DNA of 55,551 bases, filler included, from Sphacelaria rigidula (lineage: Eukaryota), in assembly GCA_964200075.2 (NCBI GenBank). It is 6 parts of 6 records of this genome, joined end to end, with 100 filler letters (N's around TTAATTAATTAA, not from the genome) between each part and the next. Parts side by side here need not be neighbours in the genome. Positions count along the whole stretch, not along the records: positions 46,378 to 55,551 come from CAXNAA020009124.1; 5 more parts are not named here. One strand, given 5' to 3'. This document shows, one piece after another, positions 50,269 through 55,551 of this stretch. Position 1 is the stretch's first letter. The number at the start of each line of letters is the position of its first letter. Made by a program: the position numbers and the translations under genes. The notes under the pieces were generated by a model. It was given only the letters and a program-made list of their open reading frames with translations, was not told the DNA's origin and did not search any database.

Positions 50269-51211
50269 GCTGACAACTGCAAGATCGGAAATCTGAAAAT
50301 CGGTGATCCACCGAGATCGAGCGCCAGTCGCAAGGGGATGCTATAGCTCCAGTAGTCTTAGATGGTGGTCGTCCAGTAATTCTTGATCGTCGTCCGATGT
50401 AGGTCGCGCTGTTGTGGTGTCATAGAAGGGGGTCCTGGTAGAGAAGGGAGGGCAAACAACGCTTACGGGGAAAAAAATGGGGGTGGGGCAACAGTTGCGA
50501 CAAGGAAGCGTGGCTCAAAGCGGGGCGTGGACGTCGTGGGTGTGGTCGATGTTGCGCTGGAGACCGCGGCAAAGTCCTTTGGACTTGAAGCGCTGGAGAC
50601 ACTAGGATCCACGTGGTGCAGATGGCACACGTGGACATCTAGCACCCTGTGGGGCGCACTGTGCAGGTTCCGTACAGGGTTCTCCACAGTTTTTGTGAAA
50701 AAACCCTGCCAGCGAAAAGCAAAATCTGTACCCCTCGTAGCGTTTTGATAGGGGTTTCCCCAGGGTTGGATTTGCAGCCCTGTGTAGGCACGTCAGCAAA
50801 GCCCTGCACAGTCATGTGGTAGTGTTTTGGTGGAAAAACCTCAGGTTTTCCTTTTGAAAATTTCAAAGATTTTGGTACAAAATCTGTAAATTAATATATC
50901 TTCAGTAGCTTGTCCTCCTGTCCGAGGTAAATTCCTCTTCACCCGATTTGAATCGAGCGGAAAGGAATTTATTATGGACAGAAGGACAAGCTCTTCAAAA
51001 CAGATCCTTTTCTCGCTCAATTAATTTCGGCAAAAAAAAGGATTTATTGAGAACAGCAGAAGAAGCTGTTCAATATCGATCCTTTTTTCGCCCATTTTTG
51101 AGATGAGCGAAACAGGATCTATTTCGAATAGCTCCTTCTGCTGCGCAAATCTCATGCACACTGGCAGATTCGGAATTTGACCGGCAGAAGACGCTCGAAA
51201 TATATGTTTAC

Positions 51212-53280
51212 TTTCCCCTCGAATTCATCCAGAGATTGGGGGAAAAGAGATTTATGGCGAGCAGCGTCAGCTGCTGGGCAAGTCCCGCATACTGCATCGT
51301 CACCGGCGCATGGGATCCGACACGCTGAAAACGTTGCTGAAAGGTATTCATCCTTTTGCCCCCCAGTCCATGTGTACATGGGCTAAAGGATGAATAGCTC
51401 TCAACCGCTTTCGCTGAATAGAGATCCCACACGTTGGATACGTGTGTATGTCCACACCTGTGCTTCGTCTGAAGCCCCTGGGAAGGTGGGAAGATGCCAG
51501 ATGATCGGGTATACCTCGTCAATATATTTACATTAAAAAAAACGTCTTCCGTCCTCTACTAACACGAACCATGTTTAGAAAATATCACGTAATCAATCGT
51601 ATATGAATAGTATATACGTGGACCATCACTCCGTATATTTATCACCGCACACAAATCGAACATCAATAAACGCACCCGCCCGCACAACAGTGTTATTATT
51701 CCGCCCAGCTATACCACCACAACCCGATACACACAAATCGAACATCAATGAACGCACCCGCCCGCAGAACAGTATTATTCCGCCCAGCTATACCACCACA
51801 ACCCCGCAGCAAAGAGCACGGGTTGGGCACAGGGATATAGACACATACACACTGCCGTGCGGGTGGATATGATGTATTTCTCGTTGGTGGAAACTTGAGC
51901 ACCTACTTCTTTCATGGTCGCGACATCGCGCGGCGACGACATACGCGGGGTGCGTATACAGGCGCGGGTGCGAGGAACAATAATCAACCGGCCGCCTATG
52001 TTATGCATATACACACTCACCATCATATGCATGCTGCGGATCGCGGACGCAAGCTGCACGTTGTCCAAGTCCTTTTCACGTCGCACTGTAGGTAGAGAAC
52101 ATACATATACACATTGTCCTGCGCTGTCTGTACTGTATACTTTCCCCCTTCCCTTTCACGCCCTACTTACTGTGCTGCAGCAGCTGTGCGCGCAAATATA
52201 TGATGTGGAACGGGCGTGAAAAACTGGAGTTCGTGACGGTATATAACACCCGCCCCATTTATCAAAATAAGCTGCAGTCATCTACATTGTATTTATAGCC
52301 AGATATCTGCGGTACATGGCGCCGCACGTATAAGCACGGCGGTATAGCGCACTGCCCCGCATGCAATGGTATTGTACAGTCCAGTATAGTTTATTATTGT
52401 GAACATAAACCCCGATTACGCAGTATGCGATAAGATCGATGTTTCATTATCCCCTGTATATTGGTTAAGTTTTGTCGACGCGGGACTACGGAGTTTTCAT
52501 CAGGTGTATGCATCTATTAGCGAGGTCAATTGCGATCTGTTATCATGACATCAGCTGCAACAAAAGCTTGCGTGCAGTATAAAGGACTTGAACAGCTGAA
52601 GCTGCTCGCGAGCAAGTTCTTTCTCCACCCAATTTCAGGTGTTCTTGGTAGTGTACAAGTTCCATCTGCTGTGTACAGTGTATATGGGATTGTCTGTACA
52701 ACTGAAGCTCTCCGAAATGAATCCTTTCTCAACTATATTCCAAGTTTGGAATTAGGATTTATTTCGAACAGTAGCGGCTGTCCAAATTTCAGATTTCCAT
52801 TACACTTTTGCCTCTAAAAACAATTCGGGGGATTTCAGTGTTGTTGACACGGACCTTCGAGGGCCCCAAAGTTCAGAAGTACAAAAAACTTGCCCAATCC
52901 CTAACGACTACCACGCGTAGCTCCGTGTGCAAGACAGAGATTGTACAACGGTGAAGGTCAGGGATCGACTCCCCGTCCAACCTAATCAGTTCTTTTTTCC
53001 GCCAGTACCTTGCGCCCGCAGCTGCACGTGAGGAGTAGTGTTTGTGCTTAAATGTCGCAGACGCAAAGATGGACCAGTGTTAGGCACGCAGGGACCTCTA
53101 CCGATCGGGGACACGTTTCACACCAGACTTCGCTGGCTACCTAATTACCGTGACACTTTCATTCCGATACGGTCAAACCTACGGTAGGAACCACGCAACA
53201 CTGATCGGATCTTGCCTGTCTCAGTCCTAGTGCAGAAGTGAAGATGTGTGCAAGCACCTTGCTCAGCATGTGGGTCGATC
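51212..53280 (-). CDS. Possible exons of a hypothetical protein
   Basis: Candidate exons 53280-53216 (GSTHMLSKVLAHIFTSALGLRQ, would need a GC donor) and 51382-51212 (PMYTWTGGQKDEYLSATFSACRIPCAGDDAVCGTCPAADAARHKSLFPQSLDEFEGK/gtaaac). Phases are compatible but no family is recognised. Confidence 0.25.
51648..51806. repeat. Direct tandem duplication of ~82 bp
   Basis: cacacaaatcgaacatcaat(a/g)aacgcacccgcccgca...ttattccgcccagctataccaccacaaccc occurs twice. Confidence 0.85.
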
Positions 53281-53878
53281 CTTGGTGGATGAAGCGTGTT
53301 GTTAGCAGTGGTCAGCAGATGCGAAGTACAATGCAATAGTCGGGCGACGATTATCAGTTTTGCCTTCAGAATTGGTTTGCTTTCGTGTGCTTTCTCTGTG
53401 GCCCGGTGGGGGACAGAGTTGCACGATATGTTTCCCACCAAGTCATCATTAGACTGAAGAAGGTGTAGCCATGATCCAATTGCTCTATAGTCTACTATAC
53501 AGGGTTATTATCCACCCTGTAACACAGCAGCTCGGACGATCCAGCAGAGATCAGACAGGTTTGGCAAGTTTTAAGTGCACGATCATGCAGTGACAGGTGC
53601 ATCACATGAGAGCGCCGTCTGCGTGCGCTGCTGTACAACAAAACATGACATGTCCCATTTTACTTCTTGTGCCAACTTTTGAACAGGTGCTCCACCGTTC
53701 AGAATCGTCCCCCGATTCTCGACGCTTGGCCGAAGTTTTGCACTTTTTGGGATCCGTTCAAAATTTTGGAGGTCAAAATCTTGACGATTTTGTTCCATAA
53801 TGGTCGGTTTCGTGACCATCTGTTCAAAAAATTTGAAAAATAAAATCTGAACGGCTCCCATTAGAATCGGTCTAAAAA

Positions 53879-54062
53879 GGCCAACTCTTATGGGAGCGTT
53901 TAGAATTTTATTTTGGCAATAATTTTGAACATCTTTTTTTTTCTTCGCCGTAGTTGTGTATATCGTGCCCGTTCACCATGATGACAGAGAAAAAAAAGAC
54001 TCCTCTGAAATCGTTGCAAAATATAATTTCAAACGCTCCCATAAGAGGCCTAAGAGTTGGCC
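53879..54062. mobile_element. Short PIF/Harbinger-like MITE
   Basis: GGCCAACTCTTATGGGAGCGTTT ... AAACGCTCCCATAAGAG(gcctaagag)TTGGCC-tta. Confidence 0.65.
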
Positions 54063-54065
54063 TTA

Positions 54066-54917
54066 GGGCCGTTATTATCGACACAGTTTTTGGGGAGATC
54101 GCCGAGATTGTAGGCGTTTTCGCACCTTTCCTTCAAAGTTCTCCCAAAATGGAGCGGCGAGATTGTTCCTCCAAGCCTTTACGTTTGGCGAATGCCCAAT
54201 ATTTCGGACCTTACTCCGCAGAGCTGCCCTTGGCGCACGCAGCGGTGCTCGCAAGCATGCGAGAATCGTCAGGAACCTTGCTAATGACACGCTAGACTAT
54301 TTCGTAGAGTTAGAAGCACCGCGGGTTGGCGGTATCTATCTGTGTGCCCCGGCAGCGGTGTTGGAGCTGTTGGGGCGATGCACGGTGGTCGTCGTTCGCA
54401 GACATACGCAGTTTCGAAGCGAAGAGCAGAAACAATCCAGTAGCTACGTACTTGCCTGCAGTGCTGCTACGAGTGTACGCTACCGCACCGTCTGAAAAGT
54501 GTATAGCTGGCGGTTTGATTGGGTGTATCTGCGCATAACAATCACAGAAAGCAAGCATGCTGCCATCTATGCAAGGGGCTTCCTACAGTCGGTATTTTTA
54601 CTTATGTGTACTGTTGCAGCATTTCGAGAGAGCCGGTCGATCACGCCCTAGCCTGTCCGACTGTCCCCCCGTGTCACAGAGAGGTTATGAGAATTATGTC
54701 TTCCACAGTTGTGAATGTCATACACGGGGTAGGTAGCATAACCCTGTCCTTTATTTTGCCAGCGAAGGCATGCAAACGACGAGATCAGCACCATCTATCT
54801 GTAATGAGATATCCAACAGCAACAGTAGATCTAGATAATAACGAACCCTAGGCGAATGCCCAGATTTCAAATTTCAGGTCTTCTCCCATTTTGTTTATTT
54901 GTCGATAATAAAGGCCC
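54066..54917. mobile_element. PIF/Harbinger-like non-autonomous element
   Basis: tta-GGGCCGTTATTATCGACA ... TGTCGATAATAAAGGCCC-gta; the left part aligns with the 3108-3375 MITE. Confidence 0.6.
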
Positions 54918-54927
54918 GTAATCTAGA

Positions 54928-55407
54928 CCTACTGTTGTAATGGGAGCCGTTCAAAATTCCTGCTCAAAACTGCCTTTTTGGCCCCTCTTCGTCGTTTTAC
55001 GCCTGAAAAGAGGGCTAGACGGATGTTGATGCCTTAGACTGACTTGCTCTACTCATCAAGGCCGTTCCAGGACATCTTCGCATTTCCCGCTGGCCGCACT
55101 TTCATTTTAGGCCAAACACGGCTTTTCAACAAAAAACGGTCAAGCAATCGATAAAAAAACAGGCGGGAATTTTCATCACCTGACCGTTTTTTGCTGAAAA
55201 TCCGTGTCGGGCCTCATTTGCCCCCCCCCCCCAAAAAGGCGGCCAGCGGGAAAGGCAGGGTTGCCGTAGAACGGTCTAAACGAGTAGAGCAAGTCATTCC
55301 AAGGCGTCAATATCCGCCTAGCCTTCTTTTCGGGCGTAAATCGACGGAGAAGGGCCCAAAAGGCAGTTTTCGACAGTAATTTTGAACGACTCCCATTAGA
55401 GTTGGCG
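54928..55407. mobile_element. Foldback MITE with Harbinger-like ends
   Basis: taatgggagccgttcaaaatt...aattttgaacgactcccattagagttggcg-tta with ~210-bp arms; homologous to 36495-36923. Confidence 0.75.
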
Positions 55408-55551
55408 TTAGTCCGACTTGAGTTTAGCCCCCGGAGACAAAACACACGCGGCCATTCGGCTACCCCCTTAAAACCCTCTATTGCGATTTTCATCCTCTCG
55501 AGGGTAAAGTGACCCTCGGGAGGATAAAAATATCCTCCAGAGGGTATTTCA

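Overview
This is eukaryotic nuclear DNA, most likely from a brown alga or another photosynthetic stramenopile. The basis is short GT-AG exons in long introns, a plastid-lumen pentapeptide protein, an RTE-type LINE endonuclease and a WVDD-type Gypsy pol. The window is not one locus. It is six unrelated contigs of 9176, 9176, 9175, 9175, 9175 and 9174 bp joined by 100-bp N44-TTAATTAATTAA-N44 linkers, so nothing can be linked across a linker. The supplied ORF track is mostly noise, and the real genes had to be spliced by hand: a TL15-like thylakoid lumen pentapeptide-repeat gene (4 exons), the 3' seven exons of a sulfotransferase-fold gene, part of an FAD-dependent monooxygenase (GDAAH motif), and several hypothetical gene fragments. 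The rest is a dense set of mobile elements: a decayed Ty3/Gypsy pol, a LINE fragment, tRNA-derived SINEs, and non-autonomous DNA transposons resembling Tc1/mariner, PIF/Harbinger, Sola2, Kolobok and piggyBac. Two structures stand out. One is end-to-end chains of ~100-bp piggyBac-like mini-elements sharing TTAA junctions, found twice just upstream of a SINE Pol III head. The other is a tandem array of units bounded by inverted tRNA-Asp-like heads. All family assignments come from reading motifs by eye; no database search was run.
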